Positions 8,162-17,056 of a stretch of 39,345 nucleotides of DNA are shown here, piece by piece. The position numbers and the translations under genes are program-made. Source of the DNA: an uncultured Nitrososphaerota archaeon. GTDB taxonomy: Archaea > Thermoproteota > CAYNNH01. The DNA lies in NCBI GenBank assembly GCA_964398605.1, contig CAYNNH010000002.1:1-39345 (forward strand), read 5' to 3'. Within the stretch, counting starts at the first letter, position 1, and each line of letters opens with the position of its first letter. The notes under the pieces were generated by a model. The model saw nothing but the letters and a program-made list of their open reading frames with translations, was not told where the DNA came from and searched no databases.

Positions 8162-8452
8162 GCCCATCACGTTCCAGATGTTGACGCGGGTGTGGACCGC
8201 TATGTTGGGATCTTGGGCGGCCTCGTCCAAGAGGGAAACGGCGTTGGCGATCCTCAGACTATAATCCGCTTTCTCGTTCTTGAGGGCGGTTATCGCGTCC
8301 TGAACCATTTGCCTGACATTCTTAGGGGTGGAAGCGTCTTGGGCGATTTGCTGTAAGAAACCTATTGCCTGGTTCAACTTGTTCTCGATTTCTTCAACGG
8401 GAACCTTAAGACGCCTTTTTCTCGCACGTCTAGCACGTTTGCGAGGAGACAT
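8135..8452 (-). CDS. UPF0147-family small helical protein
   Basis: IAQDASTPKNVRQ...LLDEAAQDPNIAVHTRVNIWNVMGLLE matches my recollection of the UPF0147 consensus. Its 3' end overlaps the IMPase 3' end by 27 nt. Confidence 0.6.
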   Translation of the reverse strand: MSPRKRARRARKRRLKVPVEEIENKLNQAIGFLQQIAQDASTPKNVRQMVQDAITALKNEKADYSLRIANAVSLLDEAAQDPNIAVHTRVNIWNVMGLLESIKTR

Positions 8453-8493
8453 AGAATCACCCTAATGAACTTACATGACAAGTATTTAGAACG

Positions 8494-8844
8494 TTGAGCA
8501 CCACCGATCAAGCGAAGATCATAGCGCAGTGGCTGAGAAAAGGAGCCACTTTGCTTTCCAAGCATTGCCCTGCCTGCGACGCCCCCCTCGTTAAGTATAA
8601 GGGAGAAATCTGGTGTCCCATTTGCGAGAAAAGAGTCGTAATCGTGAAGGACGATGCCGAAGCTTACGCCGTTTCCCTCCCGTACAGGCTCCTCGAAGTG
8701 GAGCAAATCATCGTGGATAAGATCGTCGAATTAGCTAGGAAAGCCCAGAGCGAAAGCGATCCGGAAAGCCTCAAGATCATCGGAGAGAACCTCGACGTTT
8801 GGCTTTCCGCCTTCGAGCGAATAAGGAAGGTGAGGGGGAAGTGA
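8494..8844 (+). CDS. UPF0148 / autoantigen p27-like zinc-ribbon protein
   Basis: TTG start. WLRKGATLLSKHCPACDAPLVKYKGEIWCPICE is the characteristic Zn ribbon of this family. Confidence 0.6.
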   Translation: MSTTDQAKIIAQWLRKGATLLSKHCPACDAPLVKYKGEIWCPICEKRVVIVKDDAEAYAVSLPYRLLEVEQIIVDKIVELARKAQSESDPESLKIIGENLDVWLSAFERIRKVRGK

Positions 8845-10106
8845 TCAAGTGGGGGGAAATTAAGGACCCCGTACACGGTTACGTTTCCATAAGCGAGGCG
8901 GAGAAGAACATCATCGACACCACGCCCGTTCAGAGGTTGAGGTATATCAAGCAATTAGCGTGCGCGTACCTCACCTACCCCGGCGCGGACCACAGCAGGT
9001 ACATACACTCCGTGGGGGTCATGCACGTGGCCGGTAGGATGGCCGAACAGCTCGTCAGCGAAGGCTGGTTGGACGAGAGCGAAATTCAAGAGGTAAGGCT
9101 TGCTGCCCTCCTACACGATGTGGGGCATGGGCCTTTTTCCCACGTTTACGAAGAATTGCTCGTCAAAAAGAGGAAGCTAACCCACGAAGACATGAGCCGA
9201 AAAATCGTCGAGGAGAGCGAAGTCGGGGACAAGTTGGAGGAGCTGGGCTACTCGAAAAAGGACGTAGCATTACTCTGCGTGGGCAAACACCCGAAGAAGC
9301 GGGTGCTCAACGCCATAATAGCGGGAGAATTGAGCGCCGACATCATCGATTACTTGTTGAGGGATTCGCACTTCACGGGAGCTGGCTACAGCTTCGATTC
9401 GGGCAGGATCATAGAGTCTATGTGCGTGCTTGAGGACGGGCGGGTTGGGATTAAGAAGGGAGCTCTGTCGGCTGTCGAGGGGTACTTCATCGTCCGGTAC
9501 CTCATGTTCAAGTCCATTTACTTCCACCGCACGGTGCGCGCCGCCGCCGTCATGCTCTTAAGGGCGATGGAGTTGGCGGATGGGGAGCTAGGACTCACGA
9601 GCTTCTCGACGGTGGACGAGTTCCTCGACGTGGACGACGCCTACGTCATAAGGGAGTTGAGCAGGCTGAGGTCGAGCCTCGACCCGAAGTTGAGGGAGGC
9701 TTACGAGCTCATGCGGAAGATAAGGAAGAGGGAGCTCGTGAAAATGGCGTATGAGAGTCCCCCTCAAATCTCGGAATCGCCCATGATCGCGAGTTTATTG
9801 ACTGAGGAAGAAGCGAGGAGGGGAGTTTTGGAGGGGATTGCGAAGAAGGCGGGAGTCAGCGCAAACGACTTATTCCTAGACGTTTCTTCCGCCCCCTCGG
9901 TCCCGGGATACGTGAGGGGAGAGTGGGAGGTTCCCATAGTCAGCGAAAGAGTGGAGAGATTGAGCGAGCTGTCCCCCGTCGTCCGCACGCTGAGGGGCTA
10001 CATGAACGTCGTGCGGGTCTACACGTATCCGCCTTACAGGGAAAGAGTGAGAGAAGCGGCCAGCGAAGTTTTCGGGATCCCGCCTTCCGCCAGAGTCACT
10101 TACTAG
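8841..10106 (+). CDS. HD-superfamily phosphohydrolase, COG1078 / SAMHD1-like (putative dNTP triphosphohydrolase)
   Basis: IKDPVHGYVSIS, TPVQRLRYIKQL, HSRYIHSVGV, LLHDVGHGPFSH and DYLLRDSHFTG. The likely GTG start at 8841 overlaps the upstream stop (GTGA). The alternative is ATG 8799. Confidence 0.8.
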   Translation: MIKWGEIKDPVHGYVSISEAEKNIIDTTPVQRLRYIKQLACAYLTYPGADHSRYIHSVGVMHVAGRMAEQLVSEGWLDESEIQEVRLAALLHDVGHGPFSHVYEELLVKKRKLTHEDMSRKIVEESEVGDKLEELGYSKKDVALLCVGKHPKKRVLNAIIAGELSADIIDYLLRDSHFTGAGYSFDSGRIIESMCVLEDGRVGIKKGALSAVEGYFIVRYLMFKSIYFHRTVRAAAVMLLRAMELADGELGLTSFSTVDEFLDVDDAYVIRELSRLRSSLDPKLREAYELMRKIRKRELVKMAYESPPQISESPMIASLLTEEEARRGVLEGIAKKAGVSANDLFLDVSSAPSVPGYVRGEWEVPIVSERVERLSELSPVVRTLRGYMNVVRVYTYPPYRERVREAASEVFGIPPSARVTY

Positions 10107-10485
10107 GAATCACTTCCCCTCGCTCCAAGTCGATCTTCAGCTTCTCAAACGCGCCGATGTTGTCCCAGAAGGATGGGTCAGGAACGACGACCAGAGATAC
10201 CCTCGCTAGGGAACAGGCAACCACGAGCACGTTTGAGCCCACGGGAAGCTCCTTGACGAGAAAGGCTTTGGGCTTCTTGCCCTTTCTCGATAGGGCGTAA
10301 AGCCGGTAAGCCCCAACGGTGCTACCTTTTTCGCCCAAGCAAACGATGATCTTCCCGCTGACGGGCTTGCCTTTCAGCTCCCCCTCGGGGGATATGTCTT
10401 CGAGGAGGGAGATCTTCCTCGGCAAGTACAACACCTCCCCTTCGACGAAGTCTTCGGCTTTCACCACGACCTTGCACTCAAACAT
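10096..10485 (-). CDS. Aconitase X swivel-domain protein (DUF126), putative phosphomevalonate dehydratase small subunit
   Basis: 129 aa with the GEKGSTVGAYRLY motif typical of DUF126. It lies directly downstream of the DUF521 gene with an 8-nt overlap. Confidence 0.75.
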   Translation of the reverse strand: MFECKVVVKAEDFVEGEVLYLPRKISLLEDISPEGELKGKPVSGKIIVCLGEKGSTVGAYRLYALSRKGKKPKAFLVKELPVGSNVLVVACSLARVSLVVVPDPSFWDNIGAFEKLKIDLERGEVIPSK

Positions 10486-11593
10486 GGCCCTCTACGGCAA
10501 CCCGGACGCAGGTGCGCAAGTCAGCAACTCCCGTCCTAACCCCGTGCAGGCGAAACACGTAATGAGCGGCCTTGCAAGAGTTGGTTAAGACCGCCTCGTA
10601 CTTCTTGGCCCTATTGGAAACGACTAGGCACTTCCCTTCCGCCACTTCCACTCCTTTGGAAACCAGCGACTTCACTAATTCCCCGTGCTTCGCCTCCACG
10701 TCCGGGGGGATCGTGACTAGGATGGGGATTTTGGGCTTGTCCTTGAGGAGGGAGTCCAAGAGGGCAAGTTCCTCCGCCGACGCGTGGGGACAACCCAAGT
10801 ACACCAAGTCGGGAGTTTGGGGAAGCGAGAACTCCTCTCTCAAGCGTATTAGCTCTTCTCTATCGAAAACGGCCTTTTCCGCCCTTCCTTTCGCCCGCTC
10901 TAAGAAGAATATCCCAGCGTCGGAGAATGTCCCCAAAGAAGCTCCCAATTGCTTCAGCCCGAACGGCGGCGGACGAAGGCCTTCAAACGCGGGATCCGAA
11001 AGACCTTGTTCCCCAATCCAGAAGCCGAGCAAGCCGCAATCGGACTCCGACAGCTCGCACGTCACCCGTACCGAGCACTTAGGCTGGCGGTAGCGTTCGA
11101 GATGGTAGCCGTAGGCGGGGGTTACGCCCAACACGGCGCTAGCGAGGGCCGTTTGAGAAGCCTCCCTGTTGGTAAATGCCCCTAAGACCGAATTGGCGTA
11201 TATGGCAGCCGAGGATTCCGCCCAAGCGACATGGGTCCCCCTTTGAGGTTTGTTCCCAGCCTCGTAAGGCGTGCAGGTGAGGGTCAAGCGAATGCCCATT
11301 TTCTTGAGCGCAAAGAGTATTCTGCGTTGTTTGTCCCGCTCCGAGGGAGTTTCCACGAAACCTACGGGGTTGCACGTGGTGGGGACCGACACCTTCAACA
11401 CGGACATGTCTTCCAGAAAAGCCAGCCCCTCATCCCCCACGCTGAAGTAGGATATCCCGGAGAGGTGGGCGCTTTTCACTCCGACGAATCCTTGCGCGCC
11501 GTAAGCCTCCCCAACGTCGACGAGCAAGCGTAATAGTAGGGATCTTTCGTCCCCCTTGCTCAGCATCTCCTCCTGCTCAGGCGTGAGGAACAA
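10478..11593 (-). CDS. Aconitase X catalytic-domain protein (DUF521), putative phosphomevalonate dehydratase large subunit
   Basis: The N-terminus (M)FLTPEQEEMLSKGDE is typical of AcnX and the length is about 370 aa. The probable TTG start at 11593 lies inside the UbiD 3' end. Alternatives are ATG 11566 or the track start 11689. Confidence 0.75.
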   Translation of the reverse strand: MFLTPEQEEMLSKGDERSLLLRLLVDVGEAYGAQGFVGVKSAHLSGISYFSVGDEGLAFLEDMSVLKVSVPTTCNPVGFVETPSERDKQRRILFALKKMGIRLTLTCTPYEAGNKPQRGTHVAWAESSAAIYANSVLGAFTNREASQTALASAVLGVTPAYGYHLERYRQPKCSVRVTCELSESDCGLLGFWIGEQGLSDPAFEGLRPPPFGLKQLGASLGTFSDAGIFFLERAKGRAEKAVFDREELIRLREEFSLPQTPDLVYLGCPHASAEELALLDSLLKDKPKIPILVTIPPDVEAKHGELVKSLVSKGVEVAEGKCLVVSNRAKKYEAVLTNSCKAAHYVFRLHGVRTGVADLRTCVRVAVEGHV

Positions 11594-12887
11594 TTTTCTT
11601 GAGGACCTTTTCCGCCCTCTCCGTCCCCTTCGGCAAGATTCTCTCGAATAATCGAGCTGGCTTCTCGCGGGGTCTGGTGGCGTCCGCAATCCACTTGGAA
11701 GTCACTCCGTCTTCCGAGGAGGGGTCTAAGGAGGAACCGCGCATTCCCTCTAGAACCAAGAAGTCCTTGTCGGGCTGGAAGCGAGTGGCAAGTGCCCATT
11801 CGATGTCGCGCACGTCGTCCACATCGATGTCGGCGTCGACCACGATGATGCCCTTCAGGCTACGGTGAACTTCGAAGGCTCTTTTAGCGAGGGATTCGAG
11901 GTCGGAGGGAGGTTCTTCCACCGAAACGACGGCGTGCAACCAACCGCCACTTCCGGGCGTGAGGCGGACATCTTTTACGGGAATTTCGTCGGAAAGCGCC
12001 CTCTTTAGCGAAGCCTCTACCGGGAGGGATGCAAGCGTCATGTGATCTCCGAACCCCGGCAATAAGCCTTGGTAAATGTATGGATCCTTGCGGTAGACGG
12101 CCATGACTTCGATGACCGGCTGTTTCCTAGTCTTATCGTAAAGCCTGAGGGCGTCCCCGCAAGGTCCTTCCTCCGCCCACTCGTCCGAAAAGCGGCCTTC
12201 GATGACCACCTCAGCGTCGGAAGGCACCCTAAGCTCCGTAATGGGACATCTCGCCAACCGCATTTCTCCGCCCAAAAGGGAATTCGCAACCCCGTATTCG
12301 CTCACCCCGAAAGGAACGGGGCACACGGCAGCGACGAGCACGGCAGGATGGACGGATATGGCTATGGCCACGTCTAGGAGCTTGCCCTCGCGCTTCGCCT
12401 CAGTCCAAAGTTTGTGAAGGTGTCTTTCCGTGAGGCGTATGGCCAAATGCTTCCCATCCAAAACCAACAAGCGGTGTATGGAAACGTTTTCCACCCCGCC
12501 GTAAGAAGCGGTCACGATTCCCGCAGTTATGTAGAGGCCCGCGTCTTTCTCGAAGTGCTTTAGGACGGGGAGGTTGATTTCCTCCTCTTTCACGGGGAAG
12601 TCGAAAGACGCTTCGCTGGGAGGGACGGGGTTTTCCATCGCTCGGGAAATCCGGTCGTGGAGGTCTCGCTCGGGGACCCCCAAGGCCTTCGCCACGAGGG
12701 AACGGCGGGAACACACGTTGCAACAGACGGAAGAATTAGGGAAACCCTCGACTTTCTCGAAAAGAATGGGACGATCGTCCAACTTTGCGGCGACGTAAGG
12801 TATCTCCAGCATCGGAGAGAGCTCATCCTCGATTTTGATGAGAAGGCCTTCGTCCTCGAGCAGGTTAAGGAAACTTCTTAGGCTCAT
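11577..12887 (-). CDS. UbiD-family decarboxylase, putative anhydromevalonate phosphate decarboxylase
   Basis: It has a UbiD-like N-terminus (LRSFLNLLEDEGLLIKIEDELSPMLEIPYVA...PILFEKVEGF). The operon context with AcnX subunits matches the archaeal-type mevalonate pathway. Confidence 0.8.
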   Translation of the reverse strand: MSLRSFLNLLEDEGLLIKIEDELSPMLEIPYVAAKLDDRPILFEKVEGFPNSSVCCNVCSRRSLVAKALGVPERDLHDRISRAMENPVPPSEASFDFPVKEEEINLPVLKHFEKDAGLYITAGIVTASYGGVENVSIHRLLVLDGKHLAIRLTERHLHKLWTEAKREGKLLDVAIAISVHPAVLVAAVCPVPFGVSEYGVANSLLGGEMRLARCPITELRVPSDAEVVIEGRFSDEWAEEGPCGDALRLYDKTRKQPVIEVMAVYRKDPYIYQGLLPGFGDHMTLASLPVEASLKRALSDEIPVKDVRLTPGSGGWLHAVVSVEEPPSDLESLAKRAFEVHRSLKGIIVVDADIDVDDVRDIEWALATRFQPDKDFLVLEGMRGSSLDPSSEDGVTSKWIADATRPREKPARLFERILPKGTERAEKVLKKIVPHA

Positions 12888-13207
12888 TTCTCCGAAAGTA
12901 ATCCCGAAATGAGAGAATCGATTTTCTGGAGCGCGGAACTATCTTCTTTTTTCAGCGCAAAGGACACGAGGCAGATCTTGCCCGTGAGGCGACTCACCTT
13001 CTCCGCGATGAGGCTGGCTGCTGTTGTGTACCTATCTCCTAAGAGGATGGAAGAGGAAGGGGGCATGAAAGCCGAGCGGCTCGGCGCGGCCATGGCAAGA
13101 GTTCCCAAGCGGGGGCTTCCCGAGTACACGAACACGAAGACCGCGTTTTCCATGTCCAATAAGGAGATCGTGATCCCGTTCTCGCTTTTGGAGGATATTT
13201 TCAGCAT
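12884..13207 (-). CDS. Hypothetical 107-aa protein, first gene of the UbiD/AcnX operon
   Basis: The ATG is at 13207, and its stop overlaps the UbiD ATG (ATGA at 12884-12887). I recognise no family. The composition looks like a real alpha/beta protein. Confidence 0.5.
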   Translation of the reverse strand: MLKISSKSENGITISLLDMENAVFVFVYSGSPRLGTLAMAAPSRSAFMPPSSSILLGDRYTTAASLIAEKVSRLTGKICLVSFALKKEDSSALQKIDSLISGLLSEK

Positions 13208-13231
13208 TCTTTTAGCTATTGGCGTAAGTTT

Positions 13232-13891
13232 TTGAGCGTGACAAAAGCTCGGGAAATACTGAAAAGGTTGGAGAAGAACCTCCCCTTGCCCGAATTTGGC
13301 GGGAAGAATTTCTCTCCTTTCGAGAGACTAATAGCGACGATCCTATCCCAGAACACGACCGATAAAAATGCCATTAGGGCTTTCGAAAACCTGAAGCGGA
13401 AAATGGTTATTAAGCCCGAAATTCTGGCGAAGGCAAGCGAGAAAGAAATAGCCAGTTTAATCAGGATAGCGGGTCTCCATAAGCAAAAAGCTAGGACGAT
13501 AAAAAGCGTCTCTAAGAGGATATTAGAAGAATTTGACGGCGATCTTACGCCCATTTTGTCCATGGAGAAAGAAAAAGCACGGGAAGTACTCATCTCTCTG
13601 CCGGGAATTGGAAGGAAGACGGCCGATGTCTTGCTGGCGTTTCACGGGAAGCACCCGACATTCCCCATCGACACCCACGTTAGAAGGGTATCGTTGCGCT
13701 TGGGGCTCGCCAAATCGAGGGACTACGAGAAAATGAGGAAGGAACTCGAATCCCAGTTCGACGAGAAGGATTTCCTGAAGGCGCACATGCTCCTCATAGC
13801 CCTAGGGAGGACGTACTGTAAGGCGAGGAAGCCCCTCTGCGAGGAGTGTTTCCTCAACGACTTATGTCCCTACGGCAGGAAAGCCAAATGA
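13232..13891 (+). CDS. nth: Endonuclease III (HhH-GPD DNA glycosylase/AP lyase with Fe-S cluster)
   Basis: LIATILSQNTTD, HhH LPGIGRKTADVLL, DTHVRRV, and the C-terminal CX6CX2CX5C (CKARKPLCEECFLNDLC). TTG start. Confidence 0.9.
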   Translation: MSVTKAREILKRLEKNLPLPEFGGKNFSPFERLIATILSQNTTDKNAIRAFENLKRKMVIKPEILAKASEKEIASLIRIAGLHKQKARTIKSVSKRILEEFDGDLTPILSMEKEKAREVLISLPGIGRKTADVLLAFHGKHPTFPIDTHVRRVSLRLGLAKSRDYEKMRKELESQFDEKDFLKAHMLLIALGRTYCKARKPLCEECFLNDLCPYGRKAK

Positions 13892-15810
13892 AGCGGTACA
13901 TGGAGTTTTTCCCTTACGAAACTGTCCGCCGCTACCAAGATAGGCTTATGGACCTCGTTTTCGAAGCAGCTTCGAGGGGAGAAACGGCGGTCATCGAGGG
14001 GGCTAACGGGCTTGGGAAAACGGTGGCGGTTCTTTCGGCGCTCCTACCCATCGCGAAGGAGGAAGGGCTCACGATCCTCTACCTAAGCAGGACGCACAAG
14101 CAGATGGACCGAGTGATCGAAGAGCTGAAGGAAATAAGGAAGAGGCATCGGGTGACGGGAGTTTCCATTAGGGGGAGAAGGGAGGTTTGCCTGCACCCCC
14201 TCATCCTCAAGCACGGAGGGGATGCCAAGTCGGTTATGGACGCCTGCAAGAACTTGAGGGCGGAGGGAAAGTGCAAGTACTACGAGAACCTGACGAGGGG
14301 AGGGGAAAGAATCGAAAGCGTGTTGCGGCTAATTGAGGATAGACCTCTTATGGCTTCGGAAATCGTGCAAGTGTGCTCAGACCTCGAAATTTGCCCCTAC
14401 GAGGTGTTGAAGGCGGCTCTGGGGAGCGTTGATGTCGTTTCGATGAGCTACCTCTACATGCTCGACCCCATCATAAGGTCGAGCTTCCTACGGTACTTCG
14501 ACAAGCCGAAGAGCGATTTCATCGTCGTCTTAGACGAAGCGCACAATTTGCCCGATGCCGCCCTCGAAGTAGGGAGCGATTCGTTATCCTTATTAAGCGT
14601 TGAGAAGGCGAGGAAGGAAGCGAAGGACAGGCCCCTATTGAAGCGACTGTGCGACTCCATCGAGGAATTCATGTTGAACGTTGCGAGGCGATTGGAAGGC
14701 GAGGACATCGAAGTGGATCCGTTAGGCTTCGTCGACTACGTCGAAAGGAAGTGCAGGATAGATGCCTATTCGCTCGCGGATGAAGCGCTCTCGGCGGGGA
14801 AGGAGATCAAAAGGGAACTCATTCGAGGGGGGAAGTTTCCGCGATCCTTCCTCTACAAATTGGGGAAGTTCATGTTCCTATGGTTGGAAACGGCGAACAG
14901 CGATGCGTACATTCACCTGCTTTCGGCTTACGAGCGGAGAGATGGTAGCGTATCCTACAAGCTGGAAGTCGTCGCCATGGATCCGCGGGGAATGATCGCG
15001 GACGCTTTCGAGGACGTGAGGAGCCTGATCTGCATTTCGGGGACCCTCCAGCCCATCGATGCTTATTGCGAGATATGCGGCATAAAGAAGAGCAAGTACT
15101 CGGAAGCTTTGCCATCGCCTTTCGCGAGGGATCAGATCGTTTGCTTAGTGTGTAAGGGCGTGTCAACAAGCTTAGAACGGAGGGAACCTGAGATGTACAA
15201 GAAGATGGTGGCGAGGATCGCGGAAGCAGTCGAGTACTCGCCTTGGAACGTCGGGATTTTCACGGCTTCCTACGAAGTGTTGGAGGGATTGCTGGAGGCG
15301 GGAATCGAGGACGTTATCGATGTCCCCCTGCTCGTGGAGCGGAAGCACATGACGTCGAGGGAAAACGACAAGCTCATTCAAGAGTTCAAGAAGCACGCCG
15401 ACGAAGGTAGGAAGGCGGTTTTGTTGGGGGTTCAGGGAGGGAGGAACAGCGAGGGGGAGGATTACCCGGGCAAGTACATGTGCACCAGTATCGTGGTCGG
15501 CGTCCCGTACGCGAAGCCGACGGTACGCGTCAAGGCCCAGATCCGGTACTACGAGAAGCAATTCCCGGGGAGGGGGAAGGAGTACGGGTACATCATGCCA
15601 GCCCTTAGAAAAGCGTCGCAAGCAGCTGGAAGGCCTGTCAGGAAGTTAGACGACCGCGGAGCGGTCATTTTATTGGACTCGAGGTTCGCAACAGCCTATT
15701 GCAGGAGGTACTTGCCGAAGTGGTTGAGGAGGAACTTCCGCGTCTTGCCCGATAGGGAAGGTGAAATAGCGAAGCAACTGGTCTTGTTCTTCGGTTTTAA
15801 AACGGACTGA
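13888..15810 (+). CDS. xpd: XPD/Rad3-family Fe-S DNA helicase
   Basis: The ATG at 13888 overlaps the nth stop (ATGA). It has FPYE..R.YQ, Walker A EGANGLGKT, four Cys of the Fe-S domain (CLHP, ACKNL, GKCKYY, ICPYE), and DEAH as VLDEAHNL. Confidence 0.9.
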   Translation: MKRYMEFFPYETVRRYQDRLMDLVFEAASRGETAVIEGANGLGKTVAVLSALLPIAKEEGLTILYLSRTHKQMDRVIEELKEIRKRHRVTGVSIRGRREVCLHPLILKHGGDAKSVMDACKNLRAEGKCKYYENLTRGGERIESVLRLIEDRPLMASEIVQVCSDLEICPYEVLKAALGSVDVVSMSYLYMLDPIIRSSFLRYFDKPKSDFIVVLDEAHNLPDAALEVGSDSLSLLSVEKARKEAKDRPLLKRLCDSIEEFMLNVARRLEGEDIEVDPLGFVDYVERKCRIDAYSLADEALSAGKEIKRELIRGGKFPRSFLYKLGKFMFLWLETANSDAYIHLLSAYERRDGSVSYKLEVVAMDPRGMIADAFEDVRSLICISGTLQPIDAYCEICGIKKSKYSEALPSPFARDQIVCLVCKGVSTSLERREPEMYKKMVARIAEAVEYSPWNVGIFTASYEVLEGLLEAGIEDVIDVPLLVERKHMTSRENDKLIQEFKKHADEGRKAVLLGVQGGRNSEGEDYPGKYMCTSIVVGVPYAKPTVRVKAQIRYYEKQFPGRGKEYGYIMPALRKASQAAGRPVRKLDDRGAVILLDSRFATAYCRRYLPKWLRRNFRVLPDREGEIAKQLVLFFGFKTD

Positions 15811-17038
15811 GAACCAACTTTTCTTCTTGCGTGAAAGAAGCCGAAAGACGCGTCCTCCCTATCACCACAGCCTTGGGCTTCCTCCTGACGGGCGTCATCA
15901 CTCGGATCTTCCGTTTCTCCGAGTCGATCGCCGATATTATGCCTAACCCCTCCATCCCACCTTTCTTGGTGAACAGGCCCACGAGAACTCTTTCTAGCAC
16001 GTCAATGGAGTGGGCGGCTATCCCCAGCTCCCTCAGCATCTTAAGCAAATCGGGATCGGGCTTCCTGTTGAGGAAGAGGACGGGCCTCCCCCTATCGCGA
16101 TCCGATGCGAGGACTTCGTAGCCGTGTTTCTCGACCAAAGACGATATTTCCCTCGGGACGCGCGTCTCCCTCAGCCCCTTTACCTTCACTTCCTCCATGG
16201 AAACCTCCATTTCCAGCGCTTGCCTGAAGTACCTCAAGTAGAGGTTGCGTCTTATCTCGCGCCGCACCGAAAGGCTCCTCGCCTTCACGTAAGGGGATGG
16301 GGGAAGCTTTTGCACGTAGAACTCCTTGGAAAGGGATTCTTCCATCTCGGGCAAATCGCCTAGGATCACCACCCTATCGGGGGATAGCTTCTCCGCGAGG
16401 GACAGCTTGTACCGCACGGCTTGCTCTTTCTGAACCCAGCCATCCGTGTTGACAATAGTATATTCCTCCTGGGCGAAGGCGAGCAACTGGTCGAGCTTGC
16501 GTAAGATGACGTCCTCCACGCCGGAGGGGCTTATCCAACCCGCCATTTGGAGGATCGAGGGCTTGCTATCCTGCAAGCTGAAGAGGGGAGAATCTATGCG
16601 GCTAACGCCAATGGTCGTGGGGGGACCCAAATCCGATTGTCCGACATCTAAATCCACGAAGGAAACGCTTTCCCCTTCCCTCACGAGGGCGTTCGACAGG
16701 AAGAGGCATAAGCTCGATTTGCCCGAATCCGTAGCTCCAACGACCATCAATCTCTTGGCTTCTCCTTCTAGCAATTCCTTGGAAAGATCCCTCCACTCTT
16801 GCGGGATGGGAGAGCCCACAAATTTCTTGAAGGAAGCCCCTCCTTCGAACTCGAGATCCACTTTACACCTACCAGAAGCTTCGACGGGCACGGATCTGTA
16901 GGAGGGCACGGAAAGGGATTCGCCGGGTCCCAGCGGAGCTCCGAACACGGAAGCCTCTCCGCTCACCACTCGCACTCGGGCGGGACCTTGGACGACGAGG
17001 GATTCTTCTTGTGTAAGTTCCACTATCATCTTGAACAT
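15797..17038 (-). CDS. Clp1/Grc3-like polynucleotide 5'-kinase (COG1341)
   Basis: An N-terminal beta domain, then the P-loop VVGATDSGKSSL and VDLDVGQS. The probable ATG is at 17038 (the track gives TTG 17053). Its 3' end overlaps the XPD 3' end by 14 nt. Confidence 0.75.
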   Translation of the reverse strand: MFKMIVELTQEESLVVQGPARVRVVSGEASVFGAPLGPGESLSVPSYRSVPVEASGRCKVDLEFEGGASFKKFVGSPIPQEWRDLSKELLEGEAKRLMVVGATDSGKSSLCLFLSNALVREGESVSFVDLDVGQSDLGPPTTIGVSRIDSPLFSLQDSKPSILQMAGWISPSGVEDVILRKLDQLLAFAQEEYTIVNTDGWVQKEQAVRYKLSLAEKLSPDRVVILGDLPEMEESLSKEFYVQKLPPSPYVKARSLSVRREIRRNLYLRYFRQALEMEVSMEEVKVKGLRETRVPREISSLVEKHGYEVLASDRDRGRPVLFLNRKPDPDLLKMLRELGIAAHSIDVLERVLVGLFTKKGGMEGLGIISAIDSEKRKIRVMTPVRRKPKAVVIGRTRLSASFTQEEKLVLSPF

Positions 17039-17056
17039 AACGAGTAAAACCAAAGA

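Noticed and set aside
8841-10106. The SAMHD1-like HD dNTPase as an antiviral (dNTP-depletion) defence gene.
   Set aside because: COG1078 HD proteins are near-universal housekeeping genes in archaea. The flanking genes are core metabolic or conserved genes, and nothing nearby suggests a defence island.
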